From Macrostomum lignano (taxonomy: Eukaryota): a stretch of DNA of 64,000 nt. The DNA is taken from contig NIVC01000033.1 in assembly GCA_002269645.1 (NCBI GenBank), positions 299,335 through 363,334 of the forward strand. The letters are read 5' to 3'. The notes under the pieces were generated by a model that saw nothing but the letters and a program-made list of their open reading frames with translations, made no database searches and had not been told where the DNA came from. The translations under genes and the position numbers were made by a program. How positions within the stretch are numbered: position 1 is the first letter of the stretch; each line of letters starts with the position of its first letter. This document shows, piece by piece, positions 1-24,800 of the stretch.

Positions 1-3000
1 AAGGAGCTCACGGCACGCCGAGTGAAATGGGGGCAGCAGGCCAGCTGCTCGGTGAACAGAACCTCCGGGTTGGCCGAGCTGCGGGAGAGGGTCACTGCGG
101 GGGGAGAGGATCACTGCGGGGGGAGAGGACCACTGCGGGGGGAGAGGGTCACTGCGGGGGGGGGGAGAGGGTCACTGCGGGGGTAGAGGGTCACTGCGGG
201 GGGGGGAGAGGGTCACTGCGGGGGTAGAGGGTCACTGCGGGGGGGGAGAGGGTCACTGCGGGGGGGAGAGGGTCAGGTCACTGCGGGGGAGAGGGTCACT
301 GCGGGGGGAGATGGTCACTGCGGGGGGGAGAGGATCACTGCGGGGGGGAGAGGGTCACTGCGGGGGAGAGGGTCACTGCGGAAAGGAGGAGGGTCACCGC
401 TGGTGGTTGGGTTGATGCGATTCCTGCAGTTTGCGAACATTGAAATGTCAGAATACTCTAGGAGTTGGAGCAGCTTAACAAGTACAGTGTCAGCTGTCAG
501 CGGATGTAGTCTGTCAGGAATTGTGTCAGGTAAATAGGGTGTCACAGCACTGCTTGGGCTATCATGTCATGTAGTCTGTCATGTAGGATGTCATGAGCTA
601 CAGTAGGATGTCATGAGCTACAGTAGGATGTCATGAGCTACAGTAGGATATCATGAGCTACAGTAGGATATCATGAGCTACAGTAGGATATCATGAGCTA
701 CAGTAGGATGTCATGAGCTACAGTAGGATATCATGAGCTACAGTAGGATATCATGAGCTACAGTAGGATATCATGAGCTACAGTAGGATATCATGAGCTA
801 CAGTAGGATATCATGAGCTACAGTAGGATATCATGAGCTACAGTAGGATGTCATGAGCTACAGTAGGATATCATGAGCTACAGTAGGATATCATGAGATA
901 CAGTAGGATATCATGAGCTACAGTAGGATATCATGAGCTACAGTAGGATATCATGAGCTACAGTAGGATATCATGAGCTACAGTAGGATGTCATGAACTA
1001 CAATAGGATGTCATGAGCTACAATAGGATGTCATGAGCTACAATAGGATGTCATGAGCTACAGTATGATATCATGAGCTACAGTAGGATGTCAGGAGCTA
1101 CAGTAGGATATCATGAGCTACAGTAAGACGTAAGGGACTACAAAAGTGACTCATCAGTTTTCAAGCATTATTAGCAAACTCACGCTTATGCTTAATGCTT
1201 TGAGTCCTTTCAAGGTCGAGCACTTCGCCGTCCATGTTGACAACCAGGCCCATCCGCTTCATGATTGGGACTAAAGCTGAAATTCATACAAGCAATTGGG
1301 ATCTCTGAGTTGCATCTCGACTTCAGAGACCACTTCAGTCAATGTAAAGCGAGCTGATGGATCTGTCTGGAGGACATTGTTGGGGTCTGAAGGACTCTGT
1401 GGGGTCTGGAGGACATTGTTGGGGTCTGAAGGACTCTGTGGGGTCTGGAGGACTCTGTGGGGTCTGGAGGACATTGTTGGGGTCTGAAGGACTCTGTGGG
1501 GTCTGGAGGACTCTGTGGGGTCTGGAGGACATTGTTGGGGTCTGAAGGACTCTGTGGGGTCTGGAGGACTCTGTGGGGTCTGGAGGACTCTGTGGGGTCT
1601 GGAGGACATTGTTGGGGTCTGAAGGACTCTGTGGGGTCTGGAGGACTCTGTGGGGTCCGGAGGACACTGTGGATCTGGAGGACTCTGTGGGATCTCTATA
1701 AAGCATTTTGGAGTCTGGAAGACACTCTGGAGGAAACTGTGGGATCTGGAAGACCACAATGGCTTGCATAAGGCTTTCCTAAAAAGTTAAACTAAAAGAC
1801 AATAAAAGCTGTGGAAACCTTTGCTGAGCTGCAGAGAGCCAGTCTGCTCCGAGATATAGCAGATGAGGTTGTCCCGATTCGGGCACTGACAGTCCTCAAA
1901 GTGAACCACCAGGTCCTGATAGATGTACCGGCAGGAAACGCCGGAATCGAACCCGGGACGTCCGTTCATAGCGTAGAGATTGTAGCCCCAGCCTTCGGTG
2001 AAATTTCCTGTGAAGCTGAACCCGAACCTTGACCACATGGATTTGAGTACTTCGGCAAATACGAAGTGGGTTCGAACTTTGTTGGGCACGAAGCCGGCTT
2101 GTCTGAGGGCCTCCGACAGCTGGGCGGACCTCTGAAATGAGCGGCGGCCGATATTTTCGGGTCATGGAGGGTGAAACTGTCCGGGTCATAGAATATGGCA
2201 TTTAGGGTCACAGAGGGTAAAATTGTCTGGGTCATAGAATATGAAATTTAGGGTCATAAAAGGTGAAATTTTCCAGGTCATAGGGTCATAGAATATGACA
2301 GATCGGGTCATGGAGGTGTGAAACCAGTGAAATTTTTCGGTTAAGAAATCTGTTATTCTCCAAATATTCTGGCGGGTTGATCACAGTTTGCATTAAAATT
2401 CTGTTTTGAACTTAAGCTACTGAGTCAGTAGTAAAACAAGCTGCATAGAGTGCATAAACACAGCATAATTTAAAAGTACTTAAGTACAGAAATCGACTGG
2501 TAGCGCTTCCACTGACGCATTTTCAAATTCAAATTCACGCCACCCGCGCGTGACCGGGCAGGGAGTTGCAGTTAGCGAAGGCAACGGGCAGGGGAGGAAG
2601 GTGAGCAGTGAATGTACAAGTATATAACTGAAAGATTATTAATCAGGGTACTCCGCCCTCATTAAAGCAATTTTATAGAAGCAAGTCATGTGACAATGGC
2701 AGGCTAAAGCACCGACTTTGAGAACAATTCAACTATTCCAAGACCCTCTTTGAAATCAATAAAATTTACTGAAAGCGCTGTACTAGTGTGAGTTTCTGCA
2801 TTTGGGTAAGCCTTACGAAATAAATGACTAAGTGCCTTGGGAGCTGCATTATGAATAGTTATTGCACTGTTTCACATAAGATTTGCCTGCTTGGCACTAG
2901 TAGCTGGAAAACTTGTGTTTGGGGTGCTAAAATGCAAATCTCCCTCACACTCTCCCTCACTCTCTCCCTCACTCTCTCCCTCACTCTCTCCCTCACACTC

Positions 3001-3873
3001 TCCCTCACACTCTCCCTAACTCTCTCCCTCACTCTCCCCACACTCCCCCTCACTCTCCCTCACACTCTACCTAACTCTCTCCCTCACTCTCTCCCTCACA
3101 CTCTCCCTCACTCTCTCCCTCACACTCTCCCTAACTCTCTCCCTCACTCTCTCCCTCACACTCTCCCTAACTCTCTCCCTCACTCTCCCCACACTCCCTC
3201 CCTCACTCTCCCCACACTCCCCCTCACTCTCCCTCACACTCTCCCTAACTCTCTCCCTCACTCTCTCCCTCACACTCTCCCTAACTCTCTCCCTCACTCT
3301 CTCCCTCACACTCTCCCTAACTCTCTCCCTCACTCTCTCCCTCACACTCTCCCTAACTCTCTCCCTCACTCTCTCCCTCACACTCTCCCTAACTCTCTCC
3401 CTCACTCTCCCCCACACTCCCCTCACTCTCTCCCCAACACTCCCCCTCACTCTCTTTCTCAAATTCCCTCACTCTCCTCCACACTCTCCCTCACTCTCCC
3501 CCACACTCTCCCTCACTCTCCCTCACTCCCCCCACACTCTCCCACACTCTCCCTCACACTCTCCCTCACTCTCTCCCTCGCTCTCTCCCTCTCCCTCTCT
3601 CTCCCACTCTCCCTCTCCCACTCTCTCCCTCAATCGGGCACACATCGGGCACTTCTTGATCAGCTTTGCCAGTCTCCCCATCCCCCTCACCTCCTCCTCG
3701 GACATCGCCGAACCCTCCAGTCCACCGTCCGCCAGTGGAGACGGAGTGGCGCCTCTCGGCTGGGGCTGCCTGACGGGCCGGGTCACGGTGCCGCGGTCTC
3801 CCTCAGGCGGAGGCGGAAAAGTCTGCCTCAGCTGGTTGTAGGACATTCCAATCTGGACTCTCGACTGCAAGAC
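1..3873 (-). CDS. Mab-21/cGAS-like receptor (cGLR)-like protein with degenerate catalytic motif; 3' part runs off the window
   Basis: Phase-consistent GT-AG exons 3691-3873, 1819-2131 and 1184-1276 give VLQSRVQIGMSYNQ...SEEE|RSAQLSEALRQAGF...FTGNFTEGWGYNLYAMNGRPGFDSGVSCRY...VHFEDCQC...LSK|ALVPIMKRMG...IKHK. An internal ATG lies at 3846. Further exons near 398-423 and 1-78 are unresolved. The family call is from recalled motif resemblance (GS..EGW..L...GR...DSDhD), not a search. Confidence 0.5.
84..392. repeat. 19-20 bp minisatellite (minus strand TGACCCTCTCCCCCCGCAG)
   Basis: Tandem gggggagagggtcactgcg units with variable G runs. Confidence 0.9.
586..1127. repeat. 20 bp minisatellite
   Basis: (tcatgagctacagtaggat[a/g])n, intronic. 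Confidence 0.95.
1365..1745. repeat. 19-20 bp minisatellite
   Basis: ggggtctggaggactctgt and variants, inside intron 1277-1818. Confidence 0.9.
2940..3625. repeat. CT-rich ~10 bp repeat array
   Basis: (ctctccctca)-type units, inside intron 2132-3690. Confidence 0.9.
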
Positions 3874-5319
3874 CTGCTGAATAAGATGAGGACAAATCGT
3901 TGCAAAGACCCTGAAAGAGTTATTTTGCAGCCAAAAATGGGCAGACTGTCTCGCGGCTTTTATTTATATAGTGTGGCTAAATAAATGCAGGTCCCCGCAT
4001 TTCCAGCCTGCAACGAGCGGGGCTCGGGCATATGGCGCCACTTGCTCATGAATGAAAAAATTTGGGGTTGTTGCCGCGGGATGGGTGGGTGGGTCATTGC
4101 TTAGCAGAGGGCTGGAGAGAAGCAAGGTAACAAAAAGCAGATGTTCGTTTTACGAGCCACGAGCAGCTCTGCATGGGCACGCAGTCGGAGGCCGGGAATT
4201 CGTTTAGTAGTAAGAGCTGAGAATTAATTCAGCGCTAATAAGGCGAATAGCAACTGCCAACTGGGTTGGTGGGGTGGGTGAACGGCCATCTACACAATAA
4301 AGTTCTTCACGCAACTTCTCACAGGGCGGAGCCTGCAGTTCAAAAGGTTAAACCGAAAGAGCTGCGTGTAGCTTCTAAGAAGGATTTGGGACTGGCTTGT
4401 GACCAAATAAACAAATTGAGACCATCTGACTCTGTAGATAATTGCGGACTAAATTACAAGTTCAAGCAGTCCTTGCGCTGCTCTGCTTACTGCTGCAGCC
4501 GTTCTTGATTAATTCAGATTAATTAAACCCCTTATGGTCAGCCTCGGACCCTTGTGGCGCGCAGGCCGCGCCTCTCCTCTATTTTCCGTCCCCCGTGACC
4601 CTCGCCCCACCCCCCAACTCCGTTTTGCTGCAGCCCTGCGTGCCGTTTCGGGGGCGGCGGGGGGGGGGGGGTTGGGCATTTCCCCCTCTCCCTCCCTCAT
4701 TAATAACTGAACTTCTGCTTATCAAGATGATCGCAGCCGCTGATTGGCCAGCTATCTAATACCGTCCATCCCTTCCCCCAATAAGCGCCCCTGTACATTG
4801 CTATAAGTACAGAGAGCCCCCACCCCACTTCGGTCCAGCCCGCTTGGTTTTCCTCTCCTTGCGAACCCTGGAAAAGTAAAGTGAGACAGACAAGTGCGCA
4901 CAGGGGATGATATCAGTAATATTGTAAGAGAAGAAACGTAATGATTAATTGTTTTGATACTAATGATCGATGATGCAATGTATTTCAACAACTTTTTATC
5001 CGCAAAACAGCTAAAATTTACACGACAATGCAATTTTTATGCACACAAATGATGAGTGCAGAAAAAAATTAAATATGGTAATATTCACAAACTGATTAAC
5101 ATACAAGGACCACTAGGAACACTTCGTTATATATCTAGTCTAGTCTAGTCTAGTCTAGTCTAGTAGTCCTTGTTAACTAATCTTGAGCTAATAAATCAAA
5201 TAACATTATTCAAATTTGTCCTGCAAAGTCCAGCAAATTATAACTGAAGGCTAGCTTTTCCAGATTTTTTCCACACTTTGACACTGGATTGATAATTGGC
5301 AGTCATTAGTTAGGTGAGA

Positions 5320-5687
5320 AGTCAGGAGACTCAGGAGAGGAGTGAGGTGTCAGTTAGCAGTCAGCTGTCAGCTGTCAGGAGTCAGCTGTCAGGTTTTAGA
5401 CCCAGGTGTCAGCAGTCAGCAGTCAGGTGTCAGTTTTCAAATGTCAGCCGTCAGCAGTCAGCAGTCAGCTGTCAGCTGTCAGGAGTCAGCTGTCAGCTGT
5501 CAGGAGTCAGCTGTCAGGAGTCAGCTGTCAGGAGTCAGCTGTCAGGAGTCAGCTGTCAGGAGTCAGCTGTCAGGAGTCAGCTGTCAAGTTTCAAACCCAG
5601 GTGTCAGCAGTCAGCAGTCAGGTGTCAGCAGTCAGTAGTCAGGTGTCAGCTGTCAGGTGTCAGCAGCCAGGTGTCAGCAGTCAGAAG

Positions 5688-5690
<3 letters not shown>
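5320..5690. repeat. degenerate gtcagct/gtcagga array starting at the NAGS stop codon
   Basis: Repeated gtcagctgtcagga units abutting the TGA at 5688-5690. Confidence 0.85.
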
Positions 5691-10674
<4,984 letters not shown>

Positions 10675-11189
10675 TATTGCTTTAGTTTGTTAGGATTGCT
10701 GTTGCTCAGTGCTTGTCGAGTCTCTACTCACTGCTGACTGCGTGGCGCACGGGACTGTAGGGGGGCTCAAGTTAATATAGCCAGTGTATAATTAGTTCTG
10801 CTGGTCTGCCCTCTGCTTAGTTGAACAATGAAGCAAAGACGCTTCTGGAAATTTCTTCCACTTTTCTGAGACTCAGTCATGGGGAATTACCGGGTCAACT
10901 CAGAGCTGAGCTGCAGCCAATTAGTCTATACCCTTGGTTGCTGTTTCTGCTGTCTTTTTATCGGGGGGGGGGGGTGACAACCCCTCAGAGGCTTCATTGT
11001 TTTAAAATTGGCAGCTGGCGTTCTGACTCGGTCAGCGTGTGGTCACGCAGCTCCGCATGGTCCGATAGTGCGAATTAGCGAGGCTAATATGGCAGTCATA
11101 CTCAATGCGTGACGCATGGACTTCTCAGAAGCGAAAAAGCACTTGTTGACTCAACGGAGTTTAAGGGAATTCTATTATGGGATCTTTGG

Positions 11190-11660
11190 GATGCTCAGGG
11201 TAATTCTCAATTGAGCTTCAGGGATGCTCAGGGTAATTCTCAATTGAGCTTCAGGGATGCTCAGGGTAATTCTCAATTGAGCTTCAGGGATGCTCAGGGT
11301 GATTTTAGATTGAGCTTCAGGGATGCTCAATTCTCAATTGAGCTTCAGGGATGATCAGGGTGATTTTAGATTGAGCTTCAGGGATGCTCAGGGTGATTCT
11401 CAATTGAGCTTCAGGGATGCTCAGGGTGATTTTAGATTGAGCTTCAGGGATGCTCAATTCTCAATTGAGCTTCAGGGATGATCAGGGTGATTTTAGATTG
11501 AGCTTCAGGGATGCTCAGGGTGATTCTCAATTGAGCTTCAGGGATGCTCAGGGTGATTTTAGATTGAGCTTCAGGGATGCTCAGGGTGATTTTAGATTGA
11601 GCTTCAGGGATGCTCAGGGTGATTCTCAATTGAGCTTCAGGGATGCTCAGGGTGATTTTT
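11190..11660. repeat. 33 bp minisatellite
   Basis: cagggtgattttagattgagcttcagggatgct and variants. Confidence 0.93.
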
Positions 11661-11908
11661 TAGTTTAGGTGATCTAAGCTGACTTGAGAGTGGTTCTCTA
11701 GTTAGGGTAAAAAAGCTGCTAAACGAGACAAGGAATTTATTTATTCACCTTGCAGTAAATGGCTTGCCAGTGGCCCAGCAACCAATATAAATACCGTGAA
11801 CTCAACGCGCAGGGACCAGACCACTGTACTGTTATTTAGCAGAAAATTTGCTAGCAGCACTGACGCCAGCAACAGTCTGTGACCCGCTAGCAACTGGAAT
11901 GAGCCAAT

Positions 11909-12142
11909 ATGAGCACAGAGAAGCCCAATAAACGGAAGCCGCAAACAGAGGAACCTCAAGCGACTCAACCGAACGCGGCATCGCTGCAGTCAATGGAAGA
12001 CCAGCTGGACAAAGACCTGAGCAACCTGTGCCGGTTCGGACTGGATCTGGAGCCGGATTATCTGCTTCTAACTGACGAGTCTAAAGCTGAGGACAAGCGA
12101 GTGGTTGAGTCGCTGCTCACTGGAAGCTACTCGGTCGAGTAG
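11909..12142 (+). CDS. Hypothetical 77-aa acidic protein
   Basis: ATG-to-TAG ORF outside any repeat, with codon usage resembling the neighbouring genes, followed by AT-rich sequence. No family recognised. Confidence 0.4.
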   Translation: MSTEKPNKRKPQTEEPQATQPNAASLQSMEDQLDKDLSNLCRFGLDLEPDYLLLTDESKAEDKRVVESLLTGSYSVE

Positions 12143-12459
12143 CCGAATTTAACTGACAAAATTAATTCGATCAAAGAAGTACGAAACTTGCTTTTTAAAG
12201 ACAAAGTAGTAAGCAACATTAATGCTGATTTAGTCATTTTATTAGTTAAAAATAAGTAATTACAGATTGGATAAAATGCAGCATTGAGCTCAAGTTTGAA
12301 TTGTTTAATGCCATCCATCATTTAAAGCGAAAGTCGACGCGGAATATTAAAATTAAAATAAACAATTTTCTAAGAAATGGAACGAGATCGCTTCTAGAAT
12401 TAAATGACCTGACGAAGATGCAATGACAGCCAGGCATGCTTTCTTATAAATGACCAGTG

Positions 12460-13815
12460 TTGGTTTCTTAGAATGGCCTGGGCCCAGGGGTGATTTCTTA
12501 GAGTGGCCAGGGCTGGTTTCTTTGAATGGCCCTCTTTGGTTTCTTAGAATGGCCAGGGGTGGTTTCTTAGAATGGCCAGGGGTGGTTTCTTAGAATGGCC
12601 AGGGGTGGTTTCTTAGAATGGCCCTCTTTGGTTTCTTAGAATGGCCAGGGGTGGTTTCTTAGAATGGCCAGGGGTGGTTTCTTAGAATGGCCAGGGGTGG
12701 TTTCTTAGAATGGCCAGGGGTGGTTTCTTAGAATGGCCAGGGGTGGTTTCTTAGAATGGCCAGGGGTGGTTTCTTAGAATGGCCAGGGGTGGTTTCTTAG
12801 AATGGCCAGGGGTGGTTTCTTAGAATGGCCAGAGGTGGTTTCTTAGAATGGCCAGGGGTGGTTTCTTAGAATGGCCAGGGGTGGTTTCTTAGAATGGCCA
12901 GGGGTGGTTTCTTAGAATGGCCAGGGGTGGTTTCTTAGAATGGCCAGGGGTGGTTTCTTAGAATGGCCCTCTTTGGTTTCTTAGAATGGCCCTCTTTGGT
13001 TTCTTAGAATGGCCAGGGGTGGTTTCTTAGAATGGCCAGGGGTGGTTTCTTAGAATGGCCAGGGGTGGTTTCTTAGAATGGTTTCTTAGAATGGCCAGGG
13101 GCGGTTTCTTGGAATGGCCAGGGTGGTTTCTTTGAATGGCCAGGGGTGGTTTCTTAGAATGGCCCTCTTTGGTTTCTTAGAATGGCCAGGGGTGGTTTCT
13201 TAGAATGGCCCTCTTTGGTTTCTTAGAATGGCCAGGGGTGGTTTCTTAGAATGGCCCTCTTTGGTTTTTTAGAATGGCCAGGGGTGGTTTCTTAGAATGG
13301 CCAGGGTGGTTTTTTAGAATGGCCAGGGGTGGTTTCTTAGAATGGCCAGGGTGGTTTTTTAGAATGGCCAGGGGTGGTTTCTTAGAATGGCCCTCTTTGG
13401 TTTCTTAGAATGGCCAGGGGTGGTTTCTTAGAATGGCCAGGGGTGGTTTCTTAGAATGGCCAGGGGTGGTTTCTTAGAATGGTTTCTTAGAATGGCCAGG
13501 GGCGGTTTCTTGGAATGGCCAGGGTGGTTTCTTTGAATGGCCAGGGGTGGTTTCTTAGAATGGCCCTCTTTGGTTTCTTAGAATGGCCAGGGGTGGTTTC
13601 TTAGAATGGCCCTCTTTGGTTTCTTAGAATGGCCAGGGGTGGTTTCTTAGAATGGCCCTCTTTGGTTTTTTAGAATGGCCAGGGGTGGTTTCTTAGAATG
13701 GCCAGGGTGGTTTTTTAGAATGGCCAGGGGTGGTTTCTTAGAATGGCCAGGGGTGGTTTCTTAGAATGGCCAGGGGTAGTTTCTTAGAATGGCCAGGGGT
13801 GGCATTTTAGAATGA
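12460..13815. repeat. 23 bp minisatellite downstream of the ERCC4 stop
   Basis: (ggtttcttagaatggccaggggt)n with a ...ggccctcttt variant. Confidence 0.95.
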
Positions 13816-13910
13816 CCAGGAGCTGACCTCTTAGAAAGGCGAAACGATTTCAGATTGTATTGACAGAGCCATCTTCACAGCATAGCAAAGCTTCCTAGAA
13901 AGCGAAACCG

Positions 13911-21463
<7,553 letters not shown>

Positions 21464-21828
21464 CTGGAATTGGCCAGTTTATGTAAATGCAGATCCGGTG
21501 TATCAATGAATGAGAAATGAACAGTTAGAATGTCAAAGAGAGATTCATTCATAGCCATTTTTTAAGTTATAAAAGATGCACTCGCCACAAGGACAGTCGG
21601 TACACAGACATCTTAAATACAGTTAATTGGCCATTTATTTGAGGCGCAACTCGCATAACAATTGAAACAGATCCGGCTAAATATGCTTGAATGAATATGA
21701 AAATCATTTAATTTCACCTACTAACAGTCGCAAGATGCAAAATGCGGCTGAAATAATAAAATTACAGTATAGACGTAGCAGTTCAAATCAATCCAATGTC
21801 ACGGAGTCCGACTGAGCAGCAACTCAAA

Positions 21829-24800
21829 TCAGGTCTGAGTCATCTTCCTCTGCGGGTCGAACAGCAGCCGCTTGAAGTTCAGGCAAACCTCGACCGGCTC
21901 CGAGGCGCCGTCGCCGCCGCTGGCGCCTTTTTTGGCGCGCTTGCCGCCGCCGTAGCGCTGGCAGAATTCGTCCGACAGGGGCTCCGACATGCGGACTGTG
22001 CACTTGCCGCTCTGCCCGAATGAGCCCTCGATGCGGCCCTGCTGTCCTGTGGACAGGGACACCTGGGGTTCCGGGGGGTGGGCAGGCGTCACGGATGGAT
22101 GAAATTGTCACAGCTGAGATTCCATCAAAATCTCATATATCAAAGAGATTGCTCGAAGCCTGTCATAATATCGATAGACAATCTTGTATAGATAGATCAC
22201 AGTCTTGTAAGAAGATTTCAAAATCTCAGAGAGGTGAATCAAAATCTCATAGAAGTGAATCAGAATTTCATAGAAGTGAATCAGAATCTCATAGAAGTGA
22301 ATCAGAATCTCATAGAAGTGAATCAGAATCTCATAGAAGTGAATCAGAATCTCATAGAAGTGAATCAGAACCTCATAGAAGTGAATCAAAATCTCATAGA
22401 AGTGAATCAGAATCTCATAGAAGTGAATCAGAATCTCATAGAAGTGAATCAGAATCTCATAGAAGTGAATCAGAATCTCATAGAAGTGAATCAGAATCTC
22501 ATATAAGTGAATCAAAATCTCAAAGAAGTGAATCAGAATCTCATAGAAGTGAATCAGAATCTCATAGAAGTGAATCAGAATCTCATAGAAGTGAATCAGA
22601 ATCTCATAGAAGTGAATCAGAATCTCATAGAAGTGAATCAGAATTTCATAGAAGTGAATCAGAATCTCATAGAAGTGAATCAGAACCTCATAGAAGTGAA
22701 TCAGAATCTCATAGAAGTGAATCAGAATCTCATAGAAGTGAATCAGAATCTCATAGAAGTGAATCAGAATCTCATAGAAGTGAATCAGAATCTCATAGAA
22801 GTGAATCAGAATCTCATAGAAGTGAATCAGAATCTCATAGAAGTGAACCAGAATCTCATAGAAGTGAATCAGAATCTCATAGAAGTGAATCAGAATCTCA
22901 TAGAAGTGAATCAGAATCTCATAGAAGTGAATCAGAATCTCATATAAGTGAATCAAAATCTCAAAGAAGTGAATCAGAATCTCATAGAAGTGAATCAGAA
23001 TCTCATAGAAGTGAATCAGAATCTCATAGAAGTGAATCAGAATCTCATAGAAGTGAATCAGAATCTCATAGAAGTGAATCAGAATCTCATAGAAGTGAAT
23101 CAGAATCTCATAGAAGTGAATCAGAATCTCATAGAAGTGAATCAGAATCTCATAGAAGTGAATCAGAATCTCATATAAGTGAATCAAAATCTCAAAGAAG
23201 TGAATCAGAATCTCATAGAAGTGAATCAGAATCTCATAGAAGTGAATCAGAATCTCATAGAAGTGAATCAGAATCTCATAGAAGTGAATCAGAATCTCAT
23301 AGAAGTGAATCAGAATCTCATAGAAGTGAATCAGAATCTCATAGAAGTGAATCAGAATCTCATAGAAGTGAATCAGAATCTCATAGAAGTGAATCAGAAT
23401 CTCATAGAAGTGAATCAGAATCTCATAGAAGTGAATCAGAATCTCATAGAAGTGAATCAGAATCTCATAGAAGTGAATCAGAATCTCATAGAAGTGAATC
23501 AGAATCTCATAGAAGTGAATCAGAATCTCATAGAAGTGAATCAGAATCTCATAGAAGTGAATCAGAATCTCATAGAAGTGAATCAGAATCTCATAGAAGT
23601 GAATCAGAATCTCATAGAAGTGAATCAGAATCTCATAGAAGTGAATCAGAATCTCATAGAAGTGAATCAGAATCTCATAGAAGTGAATCAGAATCTCATA
23701 GAAGTGAATCAGAATCTCATAGAAGTGAATCAGAATCTCATAGAAGTGAATCAGAATCTCATAGAAGTGAATCAGAATCTCATAGAAGTGAATCAGAATC
23801 TCATAGAAGTGAATCAGAATCTCATAGAAGTGAATCAGAATCTCATAGAAGTGAATCAGAACCTCATAGAAGTGAATCAGAATCTCATAGAAGTGAATCA
23901 GAATCACAGAGCTGAATTAAAGTCTCACAAATACCCCGAGACAAAGAGATCAGTGACATCGAAGCCCCACCCCCCCCCCAAATCACGCACCTGCAGTCCA
24001 ATAAAGACATCAAGCGCGGTCTCCTTTCGAAACAATCCAGTCACCACCACGGTGTAGGGGTCCTTGACCCGGTCCAGCCGGCCTCGCCGACACTTTGGCC
24101 GGTAGACTCGAACGAGTTTGGGCAGCTGAGCAGTGCGATAGTCGGCTGAGGTGAGCAGCTCCAGCGGCCGGCCGTGCATGGCGATGCGGCACACGTTCTG
24201 GTTGATGTCCACGTCCAGCTTGGAGACTATCACCGTGGCGCTGGGCGGGGCCTGGGAGAATTATTGTTGCGTAATGGGATTTCATATTCATAACTGGGAT
24301 ATTGTACGCTGTGGTTTCTGTTACTGTGGGATAGAGATATAAGCTCAAAGTCTCGTTAGATAGAATATTCCCCTAATGTCAGATCAGAATTCCTCAATAT
24401 GTCAGAGCCTGTGTCAGATTACAATTCCCCAGTATGCCAGAGCCTGTGTCAGATTACAATTCCCCAATATGCCAGAGCCTGTGTCAGATTACAATTCCCC
24501 AGTATGTCAGAGCCTGTGTCAGATTAGAATTCCCCAGTATGTCAGAGCCTGTGTCAGATTACAATTCCCCAGTATGTCAGAGCCTGTATCAGATTACAAT
24601 TCCCCAATATGCCAGAGCCTGTGTCAGATTACAATTCCCCAGTATGTCAGAGCCTGTGTCAGATTAGAATTCCCCAGTATGTCAGAGCCTGTGTCAGATT
24701 ACAATTCCCCAATATGTCAGAGCCTGTATCAGATTAGAATTCCCCAGTATGTCAGAGCCTGTATCAGATTACAATTCCCCAATATGCCAGAGCCTGTGTC

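Noticed and set aside
22020-24057. 631-aa SESESHR, 599-aa ILIHFYE and NQNLIEV ORFs
   Set aside because: A 21-bp stop-free intronic repeat; the flanking EEFSEC exons splice in phase without it.
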